A stretch of DNA of 64,000 nt from a virus (lineage: Duplodnaviria > Caudoviricetes). Below, piece after piece: positions 39,901 through 49,772 of this stretch. Location of the stretch: positions 14,249 through 78,248 of IMG/VR virus record IMGVR_UViG_3300017722_002753; one strand, given 5' to 3'. Under the pieces are notes generated by a model that was given only the letters and a program-made list of their open reading frames with translations, was not told the origin of the DNA and searched no databases. The stretch's first letter is position 1. Each line of letters begins with the position of its first letter. A program made the position numbers and the translations under genes.

Positions 39901-42900
39901 CAACACCAGGTTGTTATTTAGATATTGAATTTACCACACCATGTGACATTTATTCGGGAACAACTGAAGATGGTTGTTCATATGATACACAAGTTAATTG
40001 TATTTTAACTAGTGATATAGTTGTTAACTTTAGTGGTATAACTGGTGTACAAAAAGGTGATGTTAAAAATTTACCAAATGTATATGTTTACAAAAATTGT
40101 GAACCAATACATAATCAATATACAGGGTACACAACGGGAGGAACGTCATTTTATAACGTAACTGAATGTACATACATCTTAAATGATGTTAGAGACGTTG
40201 ATGAAATTGATTTATTATTTTTAGACGCCGCGAACTGTGAAACAAAAGTAAAAATCCAAGGATTTGATACCCAAATGGTTTCAGGCGACACAGGTAATGG
40301 TTACAAAACCGGTTTTAAAATTGTACCAAAAGTACAATATAGAAACTCATATAACTATGGTTTAAAATCAGATACTAAAGTCATTATTGTAAGTGGAGCA
40401 ACTATCAGTAATAGTACAACACCAACAGATATTGAAAATTATTTATTAGCTGGTACGTTAGTTAAAACTAATGTAAGTGGTGTTACAAATGGTAATGTTA
40501 TATTAACTGCCGAGCATTTAAATTGTTCAGGTTTTACCCACCAAGATTTTAGAAGTGCTAATTTAAATAATGACTATTCATTTAGTTTTAATTATAAAAC
40601 ATCTGTTGTAACAGATAAAGAGTGTTTAGGTTCAGTTAGAAAAAGTATAATCTCAGGTTTAACAGTAAACGAACAAGTTGTTGTTTTTGAATATCTACCA
40701 ACGAGTAAGTTAAGAGTTTACACTAAAAAAGAAGTTAACGAAACAACATCAGCGGTAACTTTAAGAAAAAGTTATTTCTTCGATGATAGATTCCCTGAAT
40801 TTTTACAAGTAAAACCAATACAAATTGAACCATGTTGTGATCATTCGGAAGATTATTACGAACATGGTGACTATATTATAACAGAGAAAGGAGAATTAAT
40901 TGAGGTATTAGCGGTTGATTTAAATTACTGTGAACCAAATTTATATTTCAGCATTAATGTAACGAGTGATTCATCAATTGAAAACTTAGTTTTATTTAAT
41001 GGTAACGGAAACTTCGAACCATTAATACAACACAAGTATGATAATCACATGCCAATTGTTGTTGATATGGGTGAACAACAATATTACACAAATAATACAT
41101 GTTGTACATATGATGAAGATATTCATGGTATTGAGGTTCTAACAAGAGACCTATCAACACCGTGTGTTACTCCTTATCCTATTATAGTACCATGTGGTAC
41201 AGTGTACCCAACACCAATGCCGACGGTAACTGCGGGACCAACACCAACACCTAGTGGTACACCGATGCCGACTCCTACACCAAGTAGTAGTGCGACACCG
41301 CCTCCAACAGGAACGGCAACACCTACACCTACTTTAACAGGAACGGCAACTTCAACCCCTACACCGACTCCGAGTACCACATCAAGTGCTACTCCGACTC
41401 CTACTGGAACGAACACACCAACTCCTACATTAACAGGAACTAACGAACCAACTGCAACTCCGACACCTACACCAAGCGCAACTCCAAACTGTGAGTTTGA
41501 AGTAACTGCATTTGTTGCAACTCCAACACCAACGCCAACAGTAACAGAGAATTGTAATTTTGAAGTGACCGCATTTGTTGCAACACCTACACCAACTGGC
41601 ACGAATGAACCAACTCCAACTCCAACAGAAAATTGTGATTTTGAGGTAACAGCATTTGTTGCAACACCAACCCCTACGCCGACAAATACAAATACACCAA
41701 CACCGACAGAAAATTGTGATTTTGAGGTAACGGCATTTGTCGCGACACCTACACCAACTGGTACTAACGAACCCACCCCAACTTCAACGGAGAATTGTGA
41801 ATTTGAAGTAACAGCATTCGTAGCAACTCCAACTCCAACAGGAACAAACGAGCCGACAGCAACTCCTACATCAAGTGTAACACCTACCCCAACTCCAACT
41901 GAGAATTGTGATTTTGTTGTTACAGTAGACATTGCAACGCCAACTCCTACACCAAGTAATACACCAAGTAGTACTCCTGACCCAAGCTCAACTCCAACGC
42001 CGACCCCAACAGAAAACTGTGAGTTCGAGGTGACTGTCGATATTGCAACGCCAACTCCTACACCAAGTAGTACACCTGACCCAAGTGCAACTCCAACACC
42101 TAGTCCAAGTGGAACTAACGAACCAACTAATACCCCTACTCCAACTCCAACTGAAAATTGTGACTTTGAGATTGTGGTAGACATCGCAACGCCAACACCA
42201 ACAGGAACGAGTGAACCAACTCCTACTCCTACATTAACAGGTACTAACGAACCAACTAACACACCTACTCCAACTCCAACTGAAAATTGTGAGTTTGAGG
42301 TGATAGTTGATATTGCAACACCCACACCAACCCCTACATTAACGGGAACAAATGAGCCGACAGCAACCCCTACATTAACAGGAACCAACGAACCAACTAA
42401 TACTCCGACGCCAACTGCAACAGTAAATTGCGACTTTGACGTTGATATAAATGTTGCAACCCCAACCCCTACGGGAACAAGTGAGCCGACTCCTACTCCT
42501 ACATTAACTGGTACTAATGAGCCGACACCAACAGGAACAAGTGAACCAACTCCTACTCCTACATTAACCGGTACTAACGAGCCAACTAATACTCCGACAC
42601 CAACACCAACTGAAACAAACGAGCCAACACCAACTCCAAGTAATGATTTGTGTGATGTCATCATTGATATATTACCTGACTCAACTTCAACACCAACTCC
42701 TACATTAACAGGAACAAGTGAGCCGACTCCAACTCCTACATTAACAGGAACTAATGAGCCGACTCAAACACCAACACCATCTGGTACAAATGAACCAACA
42801 CCTACGGCAACTGCGAATTGTAATTTCGATGTTGATTTAAACATTGCAACTCCAACTCCTACACCAACGTTAACAGGAACTAACGAGCCAACACCAACTG

Positions 42901-43085
42901 AAACAAACGAGCCAACACCAACACCAACTCCAAGTAATGATTTGTGTGATGTTATTGTTGATATTTTACCTGACCCAACACCAACTCCAAACCCAACGGC
43001 AACACCTGACGTGTTTGGAATTATAACAGAAGATGGTATTTATATAATATCAGATGAAAATGGAAATACACTAATACCTGAATAA
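36996..43085 (+). CDS. Baseplate wedge gp7 / P2 gpI-like giant protein with a mucin-like C-terminal repeat array
   Basis: 2029 aa; RRILVNLAYIYKSKGTRSSIKFLLRFIG is the gp7/gpI-type motif; the last about 620 aa are PT linkers with 13 single-Cys modules. Confidence 0.65.
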   Translation: MARRKVPSQAASGAETFSDSLVGGQITDGSSQLTNTNFALDRLIPEKDSKTFRTTPFSEFLTLDDLKSEEKDSQTTQTKSEKKRSISFRGAKDDAGKSLFGSLKSRIAASISNIIEKYPAAIMVDKDSSSSISGKTAYNVSYDVSTKTTEFDIETGMFYNTFDLSYEAPNSNTTPETTNPLRNFYSSFKKYVVEISGVTYDIIDYEQPDVNNIITLTVSGKPFTGTTYDQSFIIRPNNGLTEEFFSGLDDLEEILLNRETNPKYRASFRVPRDTSGGSKTDLITVEYIWPVAKDGWNLQVVGLAFDSYTSGLSDVAEEIDDYKSNLFVRFMSAPQLFEFDSEDKKAEALFQLYGQAFDKVKKYIDNIAYMRNVSYDGINNLPDLLLKNLANNLGLNTIKLFDEKDLDEILYTRNDVQYSGLTIGKTLVDAEYEFYRRILVNLAYIYKSKGTRSSIKFLLRFIGAPDPMIKIDEYRYDIVSYPKSHNIDDDIRDLIRGNKTFNTGIFNATTYQYTIQTITGSTTLTRDNYPVEEVTASAKKYEDLSNDTFFQMGSGWYDLTLDHRSPDILDEDISITTGRTKTLLTKPKGYTFGEDYFDSYRTLPGLDTGYELVPVIDNNQGEVVNSNSELTFNRKNINAYLSSAQAIDYDIYTKSRNLNLSFGSATLEPQTGVTFAEFADKLLHEQILNSNIIRYKKNYIKLEDIYQSYIKSNSFTPYNFPDVNEFINRMGPYWTQILDQIIPSTTLWTGGNLIENNKFKRSKYSYKFGCQPKEFIEELFPSFENAIEEDFETLLGEEDNFRGLLNLTGYTYNPVIEIDGIQYVGDSVIVSGNTSTATSAKLFNTFPQTGCTSLNEGSTLPLICDYKDYLSPDVTKIKELWKTSLTNLINEINNEETMDGPGCIDSYAPYTAATSGATCTQVAKPKLEYTYYTDVDGIEKIKFTTIKYGPDDCSVKDYFTYSFDSVYTSTPGCYLDIEFTTPCDIYSGTTEDGCSYDTQVNCILTSDIVVNFSGITGVQKGDVKNLPNVYVYKNCEPIHNQYTGYTTGGTSFYNVTECTYILNDVRDVDEIDLLFLDAANCETKVKIQGFDTQMVSGDTGNGYKTGFKIVPKVQYRNSYNYGLKSDTKVIIVSGATISNSTTPTDIENYLLAGTLVKTNVSGVTNGNVILTAEHLNCSGFTHQDFRSANLNNDYSFSFNYKTSVVTDKECLGSVRKSIISGLTVNEQVVVFEYLPTSKLRVYTKKEVNETTSAVTLRKSYFFDDRFPEFLQVKPIQIEPCCDHSEDYYEHGDYIITEKGELIEVLAVDLNYCEPNLYFSINVTSDSSIENLVLFNGNGNFEPLIQHKYDNHMPIVVDMGEQQYYTNNTCCTYDEDIHGIEVLTRDLSTPCVTPYPIIVPCGTVYPTPMPTVTAGPTPTPSGTPMPTPTPSSSATPPPTGTATPTPTLTGTATSTPTPTPSTTSSATPTPTGTNTPTPTLTGTNEPTATPTPTPSATPNCEFEVTAFVATPTPTPTVTENCNFEVTAFVATPTPTGTNEPTPTPTENCDFEVTAFVATPTPTPTNTNTPTPTENCDFEVTAFVATPTPTGTNEPTPTSTENCEFEVTAFVATPTPTGTNEPTATPTSSVTPTPTPTENCDFVVTVDIATPTPTPSNTPSSTPDPSSTPTPTPTENCEFEVTVDIATPTPTPSSTPDPSATPTPSPSGTNEPTNTPTPTPTENCDFEIVVDIATPTPTGTSEPTPTPTLTGTNEPTNTPTPTPTENCEFEVIVDIATPTPTPTLTGTNEPTATPTLTGTNEPTNTPTPTATVNCDFDVDINVATPTPTGTSEPTPTPTLTGTNEPTPTGTSEPTPTPTLTGTNEPTNTPTPTPTETNEPTPTPSNDLCDVIIDILPDSTSTPTPTLTGTSEPTPTPTLTGTNEPTQTPTPSGTNEPTPTATANCNFDVDLNIATPTPTPTLTGTNEPTPTETNEPTPTPTPSNDLCDVIVDILPDPTPTPNPTATPDVFGIITEDGIYIISDENGNTLIPE
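41208..43010 (+). repeat. Coding Pro/Thr repeat array with interspersed NC(D/E)FxVxxxxA modules
   Basis: Seen in the translation; degenerate DNA with some near-exact duplicated blocks (e.g. ccaagtaatgatttgtgtgatgt twice). Confidence 0.92.
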
Positions 43086-43111
43086 AAAAATTATAAAAAA
43101 AAGAAGTTAAA

Positions 43112-45022
43112 ATGGCACTAATAAAAGTTTCCGAATTAAGTAGTACGGGTTCCGTAAAAATAGATGATTTATTACTAATCTCAACAACTAGCGGTAGTGG
43201 GTACACATCAAATCATATATCAATTAGCGACTTAGTTTCAAGTCAACCATTCCTTGATTTAAATGGTTCATCAGGGACTAGTGGAACTTCTGGTGCCGAT
43301 GGTTACACACCACAATTTGGTGTTGACTATTTCAATGGAACAGATGGTACTTCAGGAACAAGTGGTTTAGATGGTATATCAGGAAATGATGGTGCGTTTT
43401 CGGGTAGATGGTTTTATGGTTTAGATTCCTTACCGGATGGTATGACCACAACTTCATATTTTTGGACAAATTCCAGTATCTCAGGTGAACCTTATAGTCT
43501 TTCAGGAGTCAATCAAATCGCAATTGACACATTTTCTATTAGTGGTAATTATTTTGGGTGGAAGAATATATTATATAATCAGACATTATCGGGAAGTACC
43601 AAACCATACATTCAAATAACCGAAGTTGGGAATAATAACATAATTGGATTATATCAGCCTATAAGTGGTGAATCCGTTCAAAGTACAACGATATATTTAG
43701 TTAATACTATCTCAGGAGAAGGATCATTCACCATTGATAAAGAATATACCATTTCTTTTGTTTTAAATGGTAATGATGGTTCTAGTGGAACATCAGGAAC
43801 AAGTGGAGATTCAGGTTCTAGTGGAACGTCTGGTTCTTCTGGAACATCAGGAAGTTCAGGTACAAGTGGCACATCAGGTTCTAGTGGAACAAGTGGAACG
43901 TCAGGTATTGACGGTACATCAGGAACTTCAGGTGAAGATGCGTTATGGAACTTTTTAGGTCCGTATAATGGTGGTCAAATTTATAATATAGGTGCTATTG
44001 TAACTCATGGTGGTGAAACTTGGTATTGTATTCGATATGCACCAACTGGTTATGGCCCATACGGCGGTTATATTGATGATTATTGGACTTTAATTGCTGC
44101 ATCAGGTTCAGATGGTTCGTCAGGAACATCTGGTGATTCTGGTTCAAGTGGAACATCTGGTGTAGACGGAAGCTCAGGAACATCTGGTAATTCCGGTTCA
44201 AGTGGAACATCAGGTAGAGACGGTATTGGTGGAGAAGTTAGAAGTTTTACGAACTCAACAACATGGAATGTTAATCATAATTTAGACATATTGTACCCAA
44301 TTGTAACAGTATGGGATAATAATAATAAAGTAATAGTACCAACTCAAATTACCTCAATCGATAGTAATAATTTAACCGTATCGTTTAGTTTATTAACATC
44401 AGGTTATGTAAATGTGGTTAAAGGTGGTGATATAATTTCAGGATCAACTGCAATTGCGGGATCAAGTGGAACTTCTGGTATCAATGGTAGTTCTGGTACT
44501 AGTGGTATAAATGGTACTTCAGGAACATCAGGTTCTTCTGGTGTATCTGGTACTAATGGCTCATCTGGAACAAGTGGAACATCAGGTTCTTCAGGTTCAA
44601 ACGGTAGTTCAGGAACTAGTGGTTCATCAGGAACCACTCCGGCAAATGTTACATTAAAAACAACGGGGTCTTGGACAGTACCAGCAGGAGCATCTACACA
44701 AAGTTTTACAGTAGAAGGTGGACATAGTTATTCAATGTGGGTAAATGGTAATATTCCAAATGGTATTATAACTTGGAACGCAACTGTAACAACATCAAAT
44801 ACAAATGTTCCAGCAGTTGGTTATCAATATGGTTGGTATTACACACCGGGTAATGCATTAGTTTTAACTGCAATGCCTGACCAAATTATAGGAACAAATG
44901 GTAGTATCGCAAATACACCAACATCATACGTACCAAATACTTCAAATGTGTTTAGTTTTGGAATAACAAACAATAGTGGGGCACCGCAAACAATTAATTA
45001 CGGATATATAAAACTATCATAA
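43112..45022 (+). CDS. Collagen-like (Gly-Ser/Thr) tail fibre protein with interspersed globular modules
   Basis: 636 aa; four G-X-Y blocks (GTSGSS type); CBM5/12-like WNFLGPY..YNIGAIVTHGGETWYC..YW and a WNVNHNL..P.VTVWD module. Confidence 0.75.
   Translation: MALIKVSELSSTGSVKIDDLLLISTTSGSGYTSNHISISDLVSSQPFLDLNGSSGTSGTSGADGYTPQFGVDYFNGTDGTSGTSGLDGISGNDGAFSGRWFYGLDSLPDGMTTTSYFWTNSSISGEPYSLSGVNQIAIDTFSISGNYFGWKNILYNQTLSGSTKPYIQITEVGNNNIIGLYQPISGESVQSTTIYLVNTISGEGSFTIDKEYTISFVLNGNDGSSGTSGTSGDSGSSGTSGSSGTSGSSGTSGTSGSSGTSGTSGIDGTSGTSGEDALWNFLGPYNGGQIYNIGAIVTHGGETWYCIRYAPTGYGPYGGYIDDYWTLIAASGSDGSSGTSGDSGSSGTSGVDGSSGTSGNSGSSGTSGRDGIGGEVRSFTNSTTWNVNHNLDILYPIVTVWDNNNKVIVPTQITSIDSNNLTVSFSLLTSGYVNVVKGGDIISGSTAIAGSSGTSGINGSSGTSGINGTSGTSGSSGVSGTNGSSGTSGTSGSSGSNGSSGTSGSSGTTPANVTLKTTGSWTVPAGASTQSFTVEGGHSYSMWVNGNIPNGIITWNATVTTSNTNVPAVGYQYGWYYTPGNALVLTAMPDQIIGTNGSIANTPTSYVPNTSNVFSFGITNNSGAPQTINYGYIKLS
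43260..44640 (+). repeat. Gly-X-Y low-complexity repeats (X, Y mostly Ser/Thr)
   Basis: Blocks at about 43260-43400, 43770-43940, 44100-44235 and 44455-44640. Confidence 0.9.
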
Positions 45023-45131
45023 AATTTATTATTACAAGTATTATTAACTCAAATCGGAATAACAAGATAATTATACATAGAAGGATTGGTTTAAAAAATA
45101 AAAAATAGAGTAAAAAAAAATATAAGATAAG

Positions 45132-47645
45132 GTGCCAATAGTAATAATAAGGAGTGATAATTTTAGCGGACAAACTGCCGACGTAACTTTTTATCCGGCA
45201 ACGGGAGGCACCGTAAATTTTAATGGAGTAACAATTCCATATCAGTACCAAACTGATTATCCGTATGGTACATATTCAGTACATTTTATCGATAGTAACA
45301 ATACATGTCCTTATGAAATTGTCGAAACTACGCCAACTCCAACTCCAACAGGAACCAACGAACCGACACCAACATCAACTGCGAATTGCGACTTTGATGT
45401 TGACTTAGATATTGCAACACCTACACCAACTCCAACACTAACGGGTACATTTGAACCAACGTCAACCTCAACTCCTACTCCTACATTAACAGGAACTAAC
45501 GAGCCAACTCCAACTCCAACAGAAAACTGCGAGTTTGTGGTGACAGTTGATATTGCAACCCCAACTCCAACAGGAACTAATGAGCCGACACCAACACCTA
45601 CTGCTACAGATGATTGTGAATTTATTATCACAATTGACATTGCGACACCAACACCTACACCAACATTAACAGGAACTAACGAATCAACACCAACACCAAC
45701 AGGTACATCTGAACCAACTCCAACACCTACCACAACTACAAATTGTGATTTTGATATTGATTTAGATATTGCAACGCCTACACCAACTCCTACATTAACT
45801 GGTACTAACGAGCCAACTCCAACTGAAACTAATGAGCCGACACCTACAGGAACAAACGAGCCAACACCAACTGGTACTAACGAACCTACTCCAACAGCAA
45901 CTGCAAATTGCGACTTTGATATTGACTTAGATGTTGCAACAGCAACACCGGAGCCCACTGGTACACCAACACCAACTCCTACTCCGAGCAACACTCCAAG
46001 TAGTACTCCGGGCCCAACATCTCAACCAACAGCAACACCTACACCAAGTGTAACACCTGGCCCAACTGAAACAGAAAATTGTGAGTTTGAAATAACGGCT
46101 ATTGTTGCAACTCCAACACCAACACCAAGTAATACTCCAAGTAGTACTCCAGATGTTACGGCTAATCCGACAGCAACACCTGACTCTACACCGAATCCAA
46201 CACCAAACCCAACATCTGAACCAACCCCGACACCAAGTAATACTCCTGATGCAACAGCAACTCCTACATCCACACCGAATCCAACTGCAACTGTAAATTG
46301 TGATTTTGTTGTTAGTGTAGATATTGCAACACCAACACCTACTCCGAGCCACACTCCAAGTAGTACACCAAATCCAACACCTAATCCAACGGCAAGTAGT
46401 ACACCGGAGCCAACTGAGAATCCTACTGCAACACCTAATCCAACGGCAACACCAAATCCTACACCAGACCCAACACCTGACCCTACACCAAATCCAACAC
46501 CTAATCCGACTGCAAGTAGTACACCAAACCCTACCGCAACACCAAATTGTGAGTTCGTGGTAATTGCAAATATTGCAACACCAACACCTACTCCGAGTCA
46601 TAGTGCAACACCGGCAGCAACACCTAATCCAACATCTAATCCAACGGCAACACCTAACCCTACACCCGATCCTACACCTAACCCAACAGCAAACCCAACA
46701 GCAACACCTGACCCTACACCTGGTCCAACACCTAACCCAACACCTGACCCTACACCGAATCCAACATCAACACCTAATCCAACATCAACACCAAACCCTA
46801 CTGCAACACCTAACCCAACGGCAACACCTGGCCCAACTCCAAGTCCGACAGTTGCAATTAGTGCAACTTTAACACCTAGTAGTGTTAGTTGTAATGCGGG
46901 AAGTAATGGTACTATCACAGTTAGCGGAGTGAGTGGTGGTTTAGGTGCAACATACCAAATTAAACTTGGTGCGGGTGGAACATACACTAACTACCCTACA
47001 ACAAATTCATATTCAAATTTAACTGCTGGTTTTTACACTATATACGTTAAAGACTCAGGTGGATTTGAAAGTACATTTGGAACTACAATAACAGAACCAT
47101 CAGCACAATCGGCATCACTTACAGTAGTTGCACAACCAAGTTGTGGAGTAAGTGACGGTATATTACAATTATCATCTAGTGGTGGTGTGTTCCCTAAGAC
47201 ATATAGATTATATGCTGACACATCAGCACCTTATACATCATGTAGTGGTGATTTAATATTCAGTGGATCAACATCAACATACGGAACTACATTCAATGTG
47301 ACAGGTTTAACATTTGTCGGATACTGTCTTGAAGTAACAGACGCAAACGGATGTGTTACTAATAGCGGAATCACAGTATTAAATGAACCAACACAATATT
47401 ACAAGTATCAAGTTCTTGTATGTAGTAATAGTCAAGCAGTATATATGACATCACCAGATTTATTACCAAGTTCATTCTTAGGCGGAACTAAAGTAATCAA
47501 AATTGACAACATTTGTTATCAAATTGATTACCACATCTCAACAACATGTACACAAGAATTTTTACACTTAACTGATGGTCAATATTCAACAATTTGGAAC
47601 TCATGTAATGATTGTACCGGTGGTGGTGGAGGAAATCAAATTTAA
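45132..47645 (+). CDS. Mucin-like PT-repeat fibre/decoration protein with SprB-type repeats
   Basis: GTG start; 8 single-Cys modules in PT linkers, then [20 protein letters not shown] (SprB-repeat-like) and a Cys-rich C-terminal domain. Confidence 0.7.
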   Translation: MPIVIIRSDNFSGQTADVTFYPATGGTVNFNGVTIPYQYQTDYPYGTYSVHFIDSNNTCPYEIVETTPTPTPTGTNEPTPTSTANCDFDVDLDIATPTPTPTLTGTFEPTSTSTPTPTLTGTNEPTPTPTENCEFVVTVDIATPTPTGTNEPTPTPTATDDCEFIITIDIATPTPTPTLTGTNESTPTPTGTSEPTPTPTTTTNCDFDIDLDIATPTPTPTLTGTNEPTPTETNEPTPTGTNEPTPTGTNEPTPTATANCDFDIDLDVATATPEPTGTPTPTPTPSNTPSSTPGPTSQPTATPTPSVTPGPTETENCEFEITAIVATPTPTPSNTPSSTPDVTANPTATPDSTPNPTPNPTSEPTPTPSNTPDATATPTSTPNPTATVNCDFVVSVDIATPTPTPSHTPSSTPNPTPNPTASSTPEPTENPTATPNPTATPNPTPDPTPDPTPNPTPNPTASSTPNPTATPNCEFVVIANIATPTPTPSHSATPAATPNPTSNPTATPNPTPDPTPNPTANPTATPDPTPGPTPNPTPDPTPNPTSTPNPTSTPNPTATPNPTATPGPTPSPTVAISATLTPSSVSCNAGSNGTITVSGVSGGLGATYQIKLGAGGTYTNYPTTNSYSNLTAGFYTIYVKDSGGFESTFGTTITEPSAQSASLTVVAQPSCGVSDGILQLSSSGGVFPKTYRLYADTSAPYTSCSGDLIFSGSTSTYGTTFNVTGLTFVGYCLEVTDANGCVTNSGITVLNEPTQYYKYQVLVCSNSQAVYMTSPDLLPSSFLGGTKVIKIDNICYQIDYHISTTCTQEFLHLTDGQYSTIWNSCNDCTGGGGGNQI
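45330..46860 (+). repeat. Coding Pro/Thr(Asn) repeat array with NC(D/E)F modules
   Basis: Same module family as 41208-43010; shifts from PTGTNEPT to PNPTPDPT linkers along the array. Confidence 0.92.
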
Positions 47646-47665
47646 CATATTTTGAAATAAACATG

Positions 47666-47673
47666 TATTTATA
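47666..47673 (+). promoter_or_regulatory. TATTTATA putative late-promoter box
   Basis: Intergenic, 22 bp before ATG 47696. Confidence 0.5.
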
Positions 47674-47695
47674 ATAAAAGAAAAAAACTAAAAAA

Positions 47696-49195
47696 ATGAC
47701 AGTTACATTCACATTAAACTCAATATATTTGGGTACGGAAGCGGGGCCATTTAATATATCAGGAACGACCGATTCAAACGCTACCACAGAATTAACAACA
47801 AATTTAAGTCTTGCTAGCTTGACCTCTGGTTACACTATTAGTGGAATCGACGATAACACAACAGGATTTACGATACAAAGTGTTGGAACATGTGTAAACT
47901 ACATCGTTAAACCCGTATCACAAATTATACCTTACGCACCTTGTACCGACGGTATGGACGTTGTATTCTTAGTTGACTATACAGGTAGTATGGGTGGTGC
48001 AATCAATGGAGTTAAAACATCAATTGCTAACATCGCATCAACAATTGTTACCGAGTCAAATAGTAACTATAGATTAGGTTTGGTTATTTTTGATGAATAT
48101 GCAAGTGCAACTAATTCAAATTATGATGATAAAATTGCATACACATCATTACCATTGGCTCAAAGACACATTAACACTGGAGTACCACCATTTTATCAGT
48201 GGATAACTGCGGTTGAAGTAATGTCATCAAATAACGAAGCATCATTTACAACTCAATTAAATAAATTAAACACAGTTGATTTTCCGTTAGGTGATGGTCA
48301 AAATGCACCTGAACCATCTGACATGGGTGTTGATTTAGTTGGTTTAGAAAGTTTTGCGGGAGCATTTAGAAACAACGTAGCTAGATTAATAGTATTGATT
48401 ACCGATAATACTCCAGGTGGTGACGATGACACTTACAATGCAACTGACGTTAATTTTGTAAATGGTTTAATTCCACAATTAGTTAATCAAGGAGTTAGAG
48501 TTTTATTAATGACAACCGCAGGAACTAACGTACTTTACGATTTAGCAACTGGAACTAATGGTGTAGTATCTGCAGGTTTCTCTGGTTCAGATATTATAAC
48601 TGCAATTGAAGAAGTATGCGTTCCTCAATATCAATATACCGTTCTTCTTAACGAAAACCCAACATTAGAACAAACATGTAACAACGATGGTTCAGGTGGT
48701 AATAGTTCATTATTTAGTACGTCAAATGCGTTAAGTATTGGTGATATATTATATTACTCAGCTTCTCCGGGTACATATTACGTAACTAGTAACGAAGGTT
48801 ATTCGGTAAAAATTACAAATACAACAACAGGTACTGTATATGCTGTTGAGTTTGATTTAAATACGGGTGTAATAACTGCCGTACAAGAATGTACCGCACC
48901 ATCGGCAACCCCAACTCCAACGGCAACCACCTCTTTTGATAGTGAATTTGTTGCGTTCGGTTCAAATAGAACAATTGCTTGTGACGAGTTAACTAGTCCA
49001 AGTACAACTGTTTACTTCACAGCTGCGGATTGGAACTCAATTCAATTAGGGGATGTTTTATATACTTCCGACTTAGTAACACCTGTAGCTAATGGGTATT
49101 ACTATAACGTATCAGCAACACAATATTTGGAAGTTGTTAGAATGTTAGGTGGTGAAGTAATAGCAATTACCAACTGTGCAGGAGCAACCGCATAA
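47696..49195 (+). CDS. von Willebrand factor A domain virion protein with two Cys-bracketed C-terminal domains
   Basis: DVVFLVDYTGSM (MIDAS-like), RLGLVIFDE and LIVLITDNTP. Confidence 0.85.
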   Translation: MTVTFTLNSIYLGTEAGPFNISGTTDSNATTELTTNLSLASLTSGYTISGIDDNTTGFTIQSVGTCVNYIVKPVSQIIPYAPCTDGMDVVFLVDYTGSMGGAINGVKTSIANIASTIVTESNSNYRLGLVIFDEYASATNSNYDDKIAYTSLPLAQRHINTGVPPFYQWITAVEVMSSNNEASFTTQLNKLNTVDFPLGDGQNAPEPSDMGVDLVGLESFAGAFRNNVARLIVLITDNTPGGDDDTYNATDVNFVNGLIPQLVNQGVRVLLMTTAGTNVLYDLATGTNGVVSAGFSGSDIITAIEEVCVPQYQYTVLLNENPTLEQTCNNDGSGGNSSLFSTSNALSIGDILYYSASPGTYYVTSNEGYSVKITNTTTGTVYAVEFDLNTGVITAVQECTAPSATPTPTATTSFDSEFVAFGSNRTIACDELTSPSTTVYFTAADWNSIQLGDVLYTSDLVTPVANGYYYNVSATQYLEVVRMLGGEVIAITNCAGATA

Positions 49196-49220
49196 TTTTC
49201 AACACATTAAATAATAATTT

Positions 49221-49250
49221 AAAAACCCCATTTAATATATGGGGTTTTTT
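49221..49250 (+). terminator. Intrinsic, possibly bidirectional, terminator
   Basis: aaaaaccccat-ttaatat-atggggttttt, with A- and T-tracts on both sides. Confidence 0.85.
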
Positions 49251-49283
49251 GTTTAAATTTTAAGTGGTTGTATTTATAGTATT

Positions 49284-49742
49284 ATGGGATTAAACATTAG
49301 AATTCACGACATTAACGTACCCGCTTCATTCGAGTTATTTTACAAAACAGGTAATACGCCTGGTAATATGACTGTGATTGAAAATGGTTACACACAATTT
49401 GGTGGAATATATCCATCGAGTACTAATGAAGTTGTTTTCACTGATGCAACGTTTAACACCCAATATTGGTTTAAGATTCAATATACAGGAGTAACAGGAC
49501 AAGAAAATTCGGTAGGTTATATCATTGAAAATATTAAAACACACCAACCTGTAGGTCACATTTATTATGCACTACATTGTTGTGATTTTTCAGGTGGAAC
49601 TGCAGAGTTTTACACAGGATGTACGTTCTCAGGAGGTATGGTTGTTTACGGTGTAAGTTTAGACCCAACCGCAACCCCGACAGCAACTGCGCTCGATTGT
49701 TCATTTGCTTCAGGTTCTGTGGTATATAATTCATCGACTTAA
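49284..49742 (+). CDS. Small virion/decoration protein with a PT linker and CxF motifs
   Basis: 152 aa; own TATTTATA box (49271-49278). Confidence 0.6.
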   Translation: MGLNIRIHDINVPASFELFYKTGNTPGNMTVIENGYTQFGGIYPSSTNEVVFTDATFNTQYWFKIQYTGVTGQENSVGYIIENIKTHQPVGHIYYALHCCDFSGGTAEFYTGCTFSGGMVVYGVSLDPTATPTATALDCSFASGSVVYNSST

Positions 49743-49772
49743 TTAAAATAAAAGAATTAATATTTATAAGAT

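Noticed and set aside
41208-46860. CRISPR array or DGR template/variable repeats
   Set aside because: The repeats are in-frame, degenerate at third codon positions, lack constant repeat-spacer periodicity and show no adenine-specific variation; no reverse transcriptase is present in the window.
41174-46987. Long minus-strand ORFs (41174..42664, 45311..45994, 45927..46601, 46022..46354, 46598..46987) and His/Gln-rich alternative + frames
   Set aside because: They are shadows of the Pro/Thr repeat coding sequence (ACN/CCN codons give stop-free GV repeats on the reverse strand) and have no independent gene signals.
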